A stretch of DNA of 64,000 nucleotides, taken from NCBI GenBank assembly GCA_001179505.1, contig CDMY01000225.1, positions 1-64,000 on the forward strand. The letters run 5' to 3'. Of the stretch, positions 37,020 through 49,727 are shown piece after piece. The stretch's first letter is position 1; each line of letters begins with the position of its first letter. Source of the DNA: Vitrella brassicaformis CCMP3155. Taxonomy: Eukaryota; Protista; Chromerida. The position numbers were made by a program, and so were the translations under genes. The notes below the pieces were generated by a model, which saw only the letters and a program-made list of their open reading frames with translations, was not told where the DNA came from and made no database searches.

Positions 37020-40000
37020 ATGATCCCTCAGCCGGTGCGTCAGGTGCCCGAAGGCCAGTACACCGAGAAGATCTACGGCCTCATCCGGCAGCAAAAGTAC
37101 GATGACGTCATCAAGATCCTCTCGGCAGAGCTGCTCAACTTCCCCAACAGCCGGGCGGCCCTCTCGCTGCTGGCCTACTGCGCCTACCACAAGCAGGACT
37201 TCGACCTGGCGGCGCAGTACTACGCCCAGCTGTCGGGTTTGTTCCCTGAGGTCGACCAATACAGAATGTACCACGCACAGTCACTGCTCAAGGTGAGAAG
37301 AAATACAATCGAAGAAGGGCATTGTTTGTCCCCCCTCATGTGTGTTGTCTGTTGGGATGTAGGCTGGTTTGCATGACAACGCCTCGCAGGCGCTGATGGC
37401 GTTGGAGTCGCCTCAGCTGGGCCACCAGGTGCTCTACCTGCAGGCCGTCATCAAATACGAACAGGTCCGCAGACACACACAGACACACAGAGGTGAGTGC
37501 CCCAATGTCCGTGTGTGTATGTGTGTGTGCAGGAGGAGTTGGGTCTTGCCAAGAGTCTGGTGGACCACACAGCGGCCCAGTCTGAGGGCGAGAGCGACCC
37601 CGAGTTGACGGTGTTGGCTGCGGCCATCCTGTGGAAGGAAAAGAAATACGAAGAGGCACGCAAGATGTTCAGCGACGCTATGAACACACTCGGGTATCCA
37701 CATGAAGATGGATGGATCAACACATGAAGGGGGAGGGTGGGTGTTGTTCATGGCTGTTGTGGTCTGTGTGTGTGCAGGTACCAGCCCGAGTTGGCCTACA
37801 ACCTGGCTCTGTGTCACTATTCCATGAAGCAGTACGACCACGCCAGGAAGTTCTTAGCCGACATCATCGAAAGGGGTCAGTCAAACCACACACAAATCCA
37901 CACACATACATACTTATGCCCCTCTCTCTCTGTGTGTGTGTCTTGTGTATGTGTGTTGTGTGTGGCAGGTATTCGTCACCACCCCGAGTTGGAGGTCGGC
38001 CGCAACAGGGATGACGTGGAGGTCAGGTCGGTCGGCAACACCGCCGTCCTCAAAGAAACATGTGTGGTGAGCCGCTCAAGACACCATACCACCAGACGCA
38101 CAACATGCACACCACACACAATGTATGTGCATCAGATTGAGGCGCTCAACCTGACGGCGGCGATAGAGTTCCTGGCGGGCAGTGGCGACAAGGCGCGGGA
38201 GGCGCTGCTGGACATGCCGCCTAGGGCTGAGGATGGTCGGTCACCATTCACACCCACACACCCACACACACACACACACATGCATGCTGACACGTGTGGA
38301 CTTCTGTGTGTAGAGTTGGATCCCGTCAGTCTTCACAACCAGGCGTTGATGAACATGGACTCCAACCCCACAGGCGGGTTCAAGAAGCTCAACTTCCTCC
38401 TGCAGGTATCCGGCCACACACGCGGCAGACGCACACACCTGATCCATCCGTCCATTCTGGGTACGCACATGGCCTCCCCTGTGTGTGTGCAGAATCCCCC
38501 CTTCCCCCCAGAGACCTTTGTCAACCTCCTGCTGCTCTACTGCAAGTACGATGAACCAACACGAGATGATGCGGCGGGCAGCGGACTGGACAGACATGGC
38601 TGGTTGCATGTCTGTTGGTCAGGCATAGCTATTTCGACCTCGCTGCCGACATTCAAGTGAGCCACCAGATGAACGACAGCAGGAAATCATCACGCACACA
38701 TACACATCTCTCTCTAATTGTGACCTCTTTAGGCTGAGAATGCTCATTTGACGTTCAAGTGTCTGGAGCAGGACGACTTCGACTTCCTCGACACGCTCAT
38801 ACTCGTACGCAGCAGCCACCCACTCACCTTCCTGCGGCACGCCCGTGTGTGCGTGTGTCGCCCTCTCCAGGCCCAGACCGCCCCAGAGGATGCGTACCGT
38901 CGCTTTGATGAACTCGCCGCCAAACATGTCGAGAACCTTCGTAAGATCACCAAACTCCTCCAGGTCAGTCCGATCGGTCCAGGGTGTGCGTGTATTCGTT
39001 GCCCCATTTGTGTGCTGTTGGTTGTGTGTCGGTGGTGTCAGGATGCGCGTCGCAATCGCGACAGCAGTGCGGTGAAGCAGCAGCTGGCTGACTTTGAGAC
39101 GGCACTCAACAAATACATACCGGTGACAGACATGATGACACACACAGACACAGAGAGACGGTGTATGTGGCATACGCGTGTCTTCGTCAATCAGGTGCTG
39201 ATGGGTCAGGCCAAGATCTACTGGGACCTCGAGAACTACACTGCCGTCGAAAAGTACACACACACATACGCGCGCGCACACGCAGAGAGAGGCATTTGCC
39301 CCTCGCCACAGGCGCATTGTTTTGTGTGTTGTGTGTCAAATGCCTCCAATTCTTGGTAGGTTGTTTCGGCAGTCGGCAGAGTTTTGCAACGACAGCGAGA
39401 CCTGGAAACTCAATGTGGCGCACGTCTTCTTCATGCAGGTAGCTGCGCATATGCGCGCCGAGAGAAGCGGCCGGGCAGATGCATCATGATGTTCGTCTAT
39501 CTCCGTGTGTGTGTCAGGGTGACAAATACAAGGAGTGCATCCGCTACTACGAGCAGTTCGTCAAGAAACACGCCGGTGGGTGCAGTGACGCACTCAGACA
39601 CAGAAGGGGACCGAGGGACCACACAGGCATGTCTGTTGATTGGTGTGTGGTTCTGGTGCAGACAACCTGCTGAATGTGACGGCCATTGTGTTGGCCAATC
39701 TGTGTGTGGCGTACATCATGACATCGCAAAACGAGGAGGCAGAGGAACTCATGAGGTGAGGGTCCTGAACACCTGCCAGCCTGTCTACAGGAGTGCATCT
39801 GACCTGATGTATTGTGTGTCGTTCATATGTGTGTGTGAGTGACAGGCAGATAGAGAAGGAGGAGGAAAGGGTACAGCTGCAGGTGAACCGAGCAAAGCAG
39901 CTGCCTGACAGGCTACACATTGTGTCGTGCTGTGTGTGCAGGACCCGAGCAGGCAGGTGTACCACCTGTGCATCATCAACCTGGTGATCGGGACCCTCTA

Positions 40001-40615
40001 CTGCGCCAAGGGCAACTATGAGTTCGGCATCTCGCGCATCATCAAGTCGCTGGAGCCCTACAACAAGAAACTAGGCGTTGACACATGGTCACCACCCAAC
40101 GGAGCCAGGCAACACGAACACACCTGTCGATGAGATGTGCTATATGCGTCCATCCTTGTGGTGTCTCTGTGTGTCATCTTGTGTCAGGTACTATGCGAAG
40201 CGGTGCTTCCTGGCTCTCCTCGAGACTCTGGCCAAACACATGATCATGCTCAGGGTGGCAAGATGGACACACACTCGTACCGCATCGCCACAGTGTGGCT
40301 ATATGTATTGTCTCGTTGGTCGTCAGGATCAGAGTTTCCACGACATCCTGACCTTCCTGGACGCCGCCGACCAGCACGGCGCCGACATACTCACCACCAT
40401 CAAACCATCCGACGCCGCGGTGAGTGAGATTCTGCACCCACATAGTGGCGATAACTTCAATGCGATGACATCGAGGGCGTGTCTGTCTGTCTGTCTGGGT
40501 GGGTGGGTGGGTGTCTGTCTGTCTGATGGCTCAGGAGGGCGGCCTGCGTCGCGTGCCGACGGTGTCATATGAGGCGAGGCGGCTCAAGCAACTCGTGCTC
40601 AAGCTGCGTGACTGA
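37020..40615 (+). CDS. IFT70: Intraflagellar transport protein 70 (TTC30/fleer/DYF-1), TPR protein
   Basis: MIPQPVRQVPEGQYTEKIYGLI..SRAALSLLAYC; PVSLHNQAL; NPPFPPETFVNLLLLYCKY; VLMGQAKIYW; YHLCIINLVIGTLYCAKGNYEFGISRIIKSLEPYNKKLGVDTWYYAKRCFL; ..EARRLKQLVLKLRD*. Confidence 0.95.
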
Positions 40616-40964
40616 CTGGCCTGACGATCGACCGTTGCATATCCTTCCACTCGTCCGCATCTAATGGCCCGCACTGTTGTACTGTATATACATTGATTCA
40701 TTCGTGTGTATATATACAATGTATATGCCGGTGAATGGTTGATGTCTCTCTACCGCGTGATGTGCTCGAGTCACACACAGCCACAGACAGGGGGCGGCAA
40801 TTGGGCTGGGCGTCTCGCGCCAGGACGGGCGAGCAGGAAGATGTGGGGTCTGTTGCCTACGTGGGGCCCTGACGACTCGCCCTGACGACTTTTTTTTTAT
40901 CGCGAGCTCTGGGGGCTTGGAGGGCGGAGACTCGGCGTCTCTGAGACTGAGCGGTGCGGCGAAG

Positions 40965-43900
40965 ATGCTGGGCTTCCTCCACGGCCAGCGCACCCCACGT
41001 CTGCAGGGCCAGGAGGGCGACAGGGTGAGAGACGGCCATAGACGCCCCAGTGGTGTGGATGAGGCGTGCTACATCCAGCTGCCGAGAGTCGACGAGGGCG
41101 ACGCTGCCGCACAGCAGGCCATCCACCACACACAGATGGGCCATCCCAAGGTCACCCTGCAATGCCCTTGTGCATCTCTGTGTGTGTGGCCATCGGCCTG
41201 TGATGTCTGTGTCCCTCCCTCCCTCAATGCATTGCAGATGTCAGCGTCGGCCTCGAGTGAGCACATTCCTCTGCTGCAGGACGATGGCCAAGGGCTGATG
41301 GAGCCCCAGCTGCCCGACGTCACCGATGACATCACCAAGGCACCGAGACGCTTTGAGCAGGTGTGATGCTGACAGCGACACGAGCACACACGCTGAGAGG
41401 TCTCTTGGACGTCTGTGTGTCATCTGCAGGTCTCCCTGGTGGGTGCCCCGGCCGCCGACGATTGGGAACCGACTCAGTCGCTGAGATGGAGCATCAGGGA
41501 TGCCATCGATGCATCAGATGCGGAGGGTGTGCGGAAGGCCCTCGACGGTCTGTCCCCAGAACAAACCGAGAAAGTGCTGACGACTGGAGAGTGGATTTGG
41601 GGGTCTGCCATCCACCACGCCGCACGTATGCATCGTCGCATCAATGGATACACATGATGAAGCCACGTGGCCCCTGTGTGTGCTTCTCAGGGAAGTGTTC
41701 TGACGTGAAGGTGTTTGAGGTGCTGCTGGACAACCGATGCCACCTGCTCAACCTGAAGGATGAGGTATCCCGCTCGACAATTACACTCATTTTGCCCATC
41801 AGGCGACCGATGTCTTCACTGCTGCCTTCATATGCTGTGTCTGTAGAGTGGCCGGACGCCTCTTCACGTGGCAGCAGAGAAAGGGTCAGTTGGTGTTGTG
41901 GAGAAGTTTGTCGAGCTTGGCGGAAAGGGACTGCTGGAAGCTCCTGGCAACGTAAGGACGAGGGAATCTCGACTGGTGCATTTAACATTATGTGTCTTCT
42001 TCATTTTGTGTCTGTAGCTTGATAGAACGCCTCTCCATTTGGCAGCAGGTCAGTCACTCCTGCAAATGACAACCACAAGTAAAGAAGTCTTCAACGTGTG
42101 TCTTTGTGCTCCTCTGCAGAAAAGGGCCATGTCGATGTGGTGGAGTGGATGTTGAGGGTGGACCCACAGCTCTTGAAGATCAAAAATGACGTAGGCTGCA
42201 CTTATCGAGCCTCATGCCGGAACTGTCCCTCCTCGTCACTCTGACAGTATGGAGAGACGCCTCTCGATGATGCCCTCGACAGAAAGCACCCGAAAGTCGT
42301 CGTTGCCATGTTTACCGTGGCTGGAGATGTGGTCATGGAGCTGCTCGAGACAAACAACGACAGTCTCAACAAGATGTTGCAGCCAGAGATCTTTCCCACA
42401 GTGCTTCCCTTTGTCAAACGCGGCATTGCGGAGCGCCTTCGAGAATCCGATTCGCTGGGCCTTGACGGTCTCAGGTGGTGCTCTACATTCCGCAAATTGA
42501 CCAAGTCTCGGCAGAATGACTCCCTCACAGAGTGAGATTGACCAGATAAGAAGGAAACGCAAATATGCCCCCTCATTCCCCTGTCTATGCGTGCAGTGAT
42601 TTTGAGAAGACAGCGGGCTGGGCGGAGGTAAACAATCCAAAAAACACGTAACGTCCTCAGCTGAGGCTCAGCATTTGATTATCCAATGTCTCAGGCGCTC
42701 ACAGCCAATTTCTGTAGCGACACCATGTCACTGGACTTTGGACAGTCACTTGCAGGCAAAGAAAAGGAGTGGTTTACGCTGCTCGAGTCTGCGGAACCCC
42801 TGACTGTCGTCACTCAAGGTGAACCTCGCAAGATGTTCCCCCCTCTCTGTCTTGTCAGTCCGTTGAGGTCTCCACCTTTCTCCTGTTGCCAATGATTGTG
42901 ACAGCCAACTGCATCTCTCTTGTCGAAAAGCATTGGCAACCATCGTCGAAGAAAACAGTTTGCGTCACAAACATTGCGCCCTGTGATGTCTTCATGGCCC
43001 GCGTGCTGTCAATGCTCCTGATGTAAGACTTACAATGTAGCATGCTGGCAGGCAGAGAGGAACATCTACATTGGAGAGAGACACATGCACTTCTATCTGT
43101 TGCAGGGTGGCCTTTGTGCTGCTGCACATCGAGTCGATCAAGGGAGACAGCGGCATGATGATGGCGGGGGTGTGGCCGGCGGTGTGGCTGTGGGGCACAG
43201 TGCTGACCGGGGGTGGCTTCATACTTCTGGAGGTCTTCCAAGTAAGACAGACGAGACGAGACATGACTTTGATCCTCCTCTGTGTGTGTGCAGGGCATCC
43301 GTTTGAAGGCAGCGTACTGGGAAGACTCCTGGTACACGTCAGGCGAGCAGAGCCAACCGTTTGGCGACTTGATTCGTGTGCTGTCGGTGTGTGCGCGTGC
43401 ATGAATTAAGGAATGCCATCGACTGTGCTGCGGCGCTTTCGATCGCTGCCTTCATTGCCATCCACTTCATCGGCTGGTCCTTGGAAGCAGAGGTCGGCTC
43501 GGGCGTAGTCGTCGCGCTCCTCTTTGCGCTGCGTCTCCTGCAAACTGCCACCCTGCACCCAACCGTCGGACCACTCATACTGTCAGTGAGGAGAACCACA
43601 CATACACACAGAGAGAGAGAGAGAGAGAGAGAGGGCTGTAATGTCTCTCATGCTGTGTGTGATGTGTGTGTGTCAGGCCTGTGGTGAGGATGTTTTCGGA
43701 CATCAGCATGTTTCTGTGTCTCTACGTCTACATCCTGCTGGTCTTCGCGGTCGTCTTCACCCTCCTCTCGTCCGACGAAGACCACCAGTACTTCGGCTCC
43801 TTAGCCAAAGCCATGCTCACACTGTACTCGATGACACCGACACACAGACAGAGAGCGCCAGTCGTCATGCTGTTGGTTGGCTCCATTAGTTTCTACGGTG

Positions 43901-45207
43901 GTCTTGGCGACTTCAGCGACCCATTGAACAACGCCATCGAGAGCCACGACACGCTGGGGGCCGTCCTGCTGTTCACATACGTCATCCTCTCGTCCATCAT
44001 ACTCGTACGTCGGCACCACTCAGGCACTCAGCAACACACAATGGATGGTCCTTGTCTTACCTTTCTTGTCTCTCTCTCTTCTGCCCGCGTACATCGATAG
44101 CTCAACTTGCTCATCGCCATCATGGTGAGATCGACAGAGAAGGAATCGTGGCACATAATCAATCTATGTGTATGTATGTATCCGTCAGGCGTCGACGTTT
44201 GCGGCCATCGAGGAGAAGCAAACCGCCCAGTACCAGTGAGACAACCAACTAGACAGCCGACAAGCGAGGCACATAGAAGAGAGGCACATATAGGGCCTCT
44301 CTTTTTCTCCCTTTGTGATGAGTGCAGGCTGCTGCGCATTCGCGTGTTGAATGAGTACCTGACAATGCCGCACCACGAGCGCCTGCCCCCGCCATTCAAC
44401 CTCATCGGTCGGTGAGACAAGACACATGAACTGTAGCCATCCATCACATGTCTGTGTCTGTGAAGGTGTGGTTGTGTCGGAGCCTTTGCGATATGTCGCA
44501 TCCTTCATAAGCGGACGCCAGTCGGCACTCTGCCGCATTGCCTTCTGGTCGATGGAGGCCCTGTACTCCCCAATCGATGTGCTCCTTGTTGCTGTCGCCT
44601 TCACACCCCTGGCCATCTTTAAAGGGCTGGAGTTGGTCTCACGAGCGATACGGGTGGGGAACTCTTGTGGGGCACTGTGCGCATCCCTTCTCATTCCCCT
44701 CGTCATTCTCCTGACGCCCCTTTTTCTTCTGTACCAATACGCCCAGCAAGTGAGGGTCAAAAAGCACACGAGATGAGACAATCAATGACCTCGTCTCGTT
44801 TCTCTGGAATCTTCGAGGGGACCCCTTCTTCACGTCTGACGCCACCGAAAGTGACAGTTCGGAGACGGCTGATAAGAGGCGTGAAGCACGGGACGCATTC
44901 AAGGACAGCATCGACAAGTGGATCGAGGCAGCGGATCATCACGACTCGAGCGTCCCTGACGTCATGACAGGTGAGACACACAGGCAATCACAGCCATAGG
45001 AAGGGGTCTGTGCCTGTCTGTGTACTGCAGCCCTCAGGCACTTCAAAGCGTACGTCCAAGATGAGATTCACTCCGGTGATAAAAATCATCTGTCTCATTT
45101 CACTCAGGAACTCTTTCTCTCTCTCGTCTTCGAATGTCCCAGTTGTGCAGCAGATGGACAAGCGACTGACGGAACTGGAGGCGTACATCAAGGCCAAGAT
45201 CAAATAG
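40965..45207 (+). CDS. Ankyrin-repeat TRP-type cation channel
   Basis: Ankyrin motifs (GSAIHHAA; KGHVDVVEWML; GETPLDDAL); TM helices ..ALRLLQTATLHPTVGPLILSVVRMFSDISMFL..; pore LAKAMLTLFYGGLG; S6 ILSSIILLNLLIAIM-ASTF; LPPPFNLI; terminal coiled coil MDKRLTELEAYIKAKIK*. Confidence 0.85.
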
Positions 45208-46116
45208 CTGGCGTGGGACAGCGACTGGCTGCACGGCCTCTAGATGAAGAACATACACCAAATGTGATGAATGGCCTCTGCGGACACCAATTGCCGACGT
45301 GCCTGAATCTGTGTGACGCCCTTTCACCCTTCCAAACTTATACCTGGTCACAGAGTGTCGAGCTGCCGAAGTCGATTTTTCACGTAGTGCAACCAGTTTG
45401 CCAGGGACACATAGAGACATACACTGAAGGTTTGAATCGAGGGATGTGTGCTGAATGTGTGTGGTCCACGGTGCACGGTCCAAATCCACAATCCATGGAC
45501 ACATACACACATACACACACATACGGCCATGCATATCACACATGCATCAACACAGACAGGCTAGCTCGGCTCTCAGGTGGCACGGCGTAGGCAAGAGCCT
45601 GATCATGACTGACTGAAGTGGCTGGCTGGCTGACTGTCATCATCATTCACGGGCAGGCAGTGGGGCTTGACAAATGTCGCCGCCCCAAGCAGGCGGGCAG
45701 GCAGGGAGAGCGACGGGTGGACCCATATGCAGGCAGGCAGTAGCAGGCAGACAATACAAAAGCTAAGTGCAGCACCAGCTGGCTGGCCTCGTGGGCTCAC
45801 CTCTCGTGTGAGGACGTCCACAATAACTGACACGCGTGCATGGCACGTGCACCGGAAGTTCTACTGAACCGAATATCTGCAATTGAACAGATGTGCACAG
45901 CACAATTCAGCGTGTGGGCGATTCATTCGACCCTTCGTCTTCCATTTTGCGAGCTCCGATGTCGCCCGCCTCTCTCTTCTCTATCGAAGGACTTTCTGAC
46001 GTCCAGCACGTCATAGCAGCAGCTGCCGCACCTCTCCTGACCGTCCACTATTCGAGATCTCTACTCACCTCTCTTTGCCCTTGCCATCCTGCTCTCGTGT
46101 GCCCTTCGCCTTCACA

Positions 46117-46767
46117 ATGCCTCTGGGAGCACTCACCGGCACTGATGCAGGGCTGTTCGAGGCTCAGGGCGGAGACATCGGCCGTGTCAGGTGAGGCACC
46201 AGATGCACACCGACAGATCTACGTGACGCGTGCGTGATGGCTGTTGCCTGACTCTCTGTGTGCTGCTGCTGTGTTCAGTGTGGGTGTAGCGAGTCGCCCG
46301 AAGGTGTCCCTTCCGGCAGCGTCCGTGCAGGATGACAGCAGTGACGGGTTCCTCCGCTTCCCGGCCGGCACCCTGCAGCGAGTGATGAAGGAGGGCAAGG
46401 GCGCCAAGCCGTCCGTCGACCAGAAAGTCCGAATCGACTACAGCGTCTGGTACGCACCCAACCCACACACACATAGAAAAGACACACCCACGGTTGCCTG
46501 TACACACATTTCTGTTCCTCTGTGCGTGTTGTGTGGTGCAGGTATGATGCGTTCGACGGTGAGAAGAAGTTGGTCGACAAGCGGGCGCTGGAGAGCCGTG
46601 TGTCGGACACTCCCCGTTGGCTGCAGGAGACTCTGCTGTCGATGCGGCTGGGGGAGCGGCGGCGGATTGTGCTGCCTGGCGGACATGTGAGCGGCGCTAA
46701 GGGTGCGAGATACGTGCAGATACAGCTGGTGCAGATGCGCGTGTCCGCCGGGATCATCCAGTTTTGA
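46117..46767 (+). CDS. Divergent FKBP-type peptidyl-prolyl isomerase-fold protein
   Basis: GTLQRVMKEGKGAKPSVDQKVRIDYSVW + ..PRWLQETLLSMRLGERRRIVLP..YVQIQLVQM; start uncertain. Confidence 0.65.
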
Positions 46768-48153
46768 TCCCACGTCACTCACACCGCCTCACACCGACAT
46801 GTGGTAGCTGTAGCTGGTCCATACATACACTACTGGCCACTTCTCCTGTTTCGACCACGTGCGCCCTGTGCACCCGTCGTTTTTCCCTTACCTCCCCTCA
46901 TCCGCCATTCATTTACCGATGCACAGGTAATCATCCTATCACTTTCTGTGCCTGTGCATCTGGATAGGTACATGCACCAACATCTACGCACAAACACATA
47001 CATGAGTTCTTTGATGAACCGCCGCCTGCCGATTTGGGGGCGTGTAGGGAGTGTTCGACTGCATACCACAGCACAGCACAGCACAGCACAGCACAGCAAG
47101 GCACCAGGCGCTTTTTCCCGGTGCGTCCGTCAGCTAGTACACACACACAAGTACGTACACTCTTATCGCTATGCATGGATGAGCGTGACTTTCCTGAGAT
47201 GATTTGTTTGCTTCAAGTAATGGCAAGTGCATACACACATACGTACGTCCCCCATCTGGATGTGTCCGTACCGTTGTCTAGCGCTCATTCCCCTGCCGTT
47301 GATGTGATGTGATGGGTGGGGGCATTGATGTTTTCCCTTGGGAGCAGGCACTGACACTGACACTGACACTGACTCGTGGATCGATTGCTAGGGAGGGGAG
47401 GGATTGGCAGACTGGGGTGGATGGATGCATTGGTGCTCTCTTGGTGCTGATGTGCGAATCGGTGATGCATTTTCTGCCTGTAATCAACCACAGGTAGGGA
47501 ACACGTCAGTCGGGCGCATGCAAGCCACGAAGAGAGCATTGCATCCCTGCCCGATCGACATGCTTTCTGTCTGCGTGTCTATATTTTGAGTGGCGGGTTT
47601 TCAGCCAGCCGCCAATGGTTGCTTCAATAAGTGCATGCGCACGCCAGCAGGCACACATTCGTACGTCTGTCCGTCTGTCTGTCTGTCTGATTGCATCCCT
47701 TAACGCTCATTGTGCTGACATTGACGACAGTGATGATGAAGGGGGGGAAGGGAAAGTCATGTCTGCGGATCGATCGATTTGGTGGGTGCGCTGGTTTCCC
47801 TCGGTGCTAGGGAGCGATGTAGTAACGTTTTTTCTGCCAGTGACATGCCACAGGCGGAGGACACGTCAGCTCAGCGGGTCCGAGCCACGAGAGAGGACAG
47901 ACACCCACCTCACTGAATGAGTGGGAGAGTTTTGTTTCCTCTGTCTCCACTATCTGTCTTGGAATGCGTCCATGTTAGTGCTAGAGGTGTCTCTGTCTGT
48001 CAGGGAGCTGGACACCTAGCGAAACGATGGACGAAAGGAACATGGCAAACACATGGCATTACAAGCTACAAAGAAAGGGTCTGTCCATCCAGACGGTCAT
48101 CATGTCTCCTCACTCCCAACCACGCACAGACAGCTCCGCTGGCCCTCTAATGT

Positions 48154-49630
48154 CTATCTGGTGGCCTTGGGTTCAGCCACAAATATCTTGACCGTCCCAA
48201 ATCCCATTGTCTCAACACCCAACACCTACACTCACACACACACGAACGCACAGAGAGACACATATGCATCCTTCCGTGTGTTAGAGTGCCATCCATCCAT
48301 CCATCCGTCCGCCTAAGCGGTCAGCCACTCACACACCGTGAATCCGGCTTTATCGATCATGTAGCAGAAGTCGTCTTGTTTGGGGAATGCCTGGATGCTG
48401 TCCAGCAAATGGCGGTACTCGCGCCGCCTCCCAGACAGCCACGCACCTACCAGCGCATTCAACCGGATGAACCACCGCGCCAGACGGGCAAGCAGACCTG
48501 AAAAGGTTCACACACAGGCGTACGTATGGTCGCATCGGTGAGGGTGTGGCACACGGTGTGATCAGTGACTGACTGACCGGTTCCCGCTGGTTCTGATATC
48601 TCTAGTATGGCCAGCCTTTTGCCCTGCTCTTTCTTGATGACGCGATGGAACTCCTCTAGTGCCGTGATGCGCGACGCAGCCGGCACGTTGCGAATGCCAA
48701 AAGAGATAGAGATCTGACGACAAAGCCACTACACCTTTCTCCTCGTGTGTGTACGTGTGTGTGTGTGTACCTTGTCGAATGAGCTGTCCTCATACTGCAG
48801 GGCGAGTGCGTCGCCTAGCTCAAGGCTAACAGTGTCATTCAAGAAAGCTCGAGAGACCTGCAGCACCACCGCCACAAACCCGTGCGCACACAAGTCAACA
48901 TCAAACAGGACTGACTTCGTCAGGCGCGTGCTGCCGTGCTCACTTTGTCCCTCCCGACAGCGAGCATATTCGCGGATGGATCAACGCCAATCACACACGG
49001 ACCTGCACACGCCGCACACACATGAGGATGCAGACATACGTACGGATCTGTGTCTGTGTGCGGGTGGGTGCCTGGTCGCTTACCATCTCTTTTTGTGTCA
49101 TTCTCCCTGGACTTCATCTGTTGGCCGACGAGTATGGCCACGTCAGCCGTGCCCGTGGCGACGTCCAACACGCGGTCAGACGGCTCAAGCTAAACCCAGG
49201 CAGACAGTCAGACACCGACACATGCGTGTGGGGTCATAGTTGAATATGTGTGTGCAGTGCCTACCTGCAGTGTCTGCACAAGCCGCCTCCGCCATGCCCT
49301 GTCCATGCCCATCGACATGACGCGATTCACAAAGTCGTAACGAGGCGCCACCGCATCAAACATCCTGCGCACACGCCACACAAACACACAAAATCAGACA
49401 GACATGGATGATTCATGATCTGCCTAAAAGGCGCGGAAAGAGGCGCATGCGCGCATCGGCTCTGCCCACCTGCCGCTGCCCATCGCAGCCTCGCTCTGCC
49501 CTTTTTTGCTGCCGTCGCCATCATTCAGCCGCCTTCTCAACCCGGCCCTCTCGCCCTTTCCAAGGTCAACAGCGTCGCTCATGCGCACCAGCACGAGATG
49601 CACCACACACGCCAACAGCGATACCACCAT
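48154..49630 (-). CDS. ubiE: UbiE/MenG/COQ5-family quinone C-methyltransferase with a signal-peptide-like leader
   Basis: GSG|[27 protein letters not shown]; [13 protein letters not shown]; [11 protein letters not shown]; [14 protein letters not shown]; [20 protein letters not shown]; [12 protein letters not shown]; [13 protein letters not shown]. Leader [20 protein letters not shown]. Confidence 0.9.
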
Positions 49631-49727
49631 CTCCAACGAGATCTATTCACCTCCAGCTTCCGACTGCAGCAGGGGTTTCAGGGAGCACCCTAGCCGAGGA
49701 AAGGTCTGCGAGCTTGCCTTGGAGAAA
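49631..49727. promoter_or_regulatory. Putative compact bidirectional promoter (ubiE / DHX37) containing TGCGAGCT (49707-49714)
   Basis: 97 bp between divergent ATGs. Confidence 0.5.

Noticed and set aside
47030-48100. (CACAG)n tract and a 101-aa ORF at 47615
   Set aside because: Simple microsatellite and an unsupported ORF in a convergent intergenic region.
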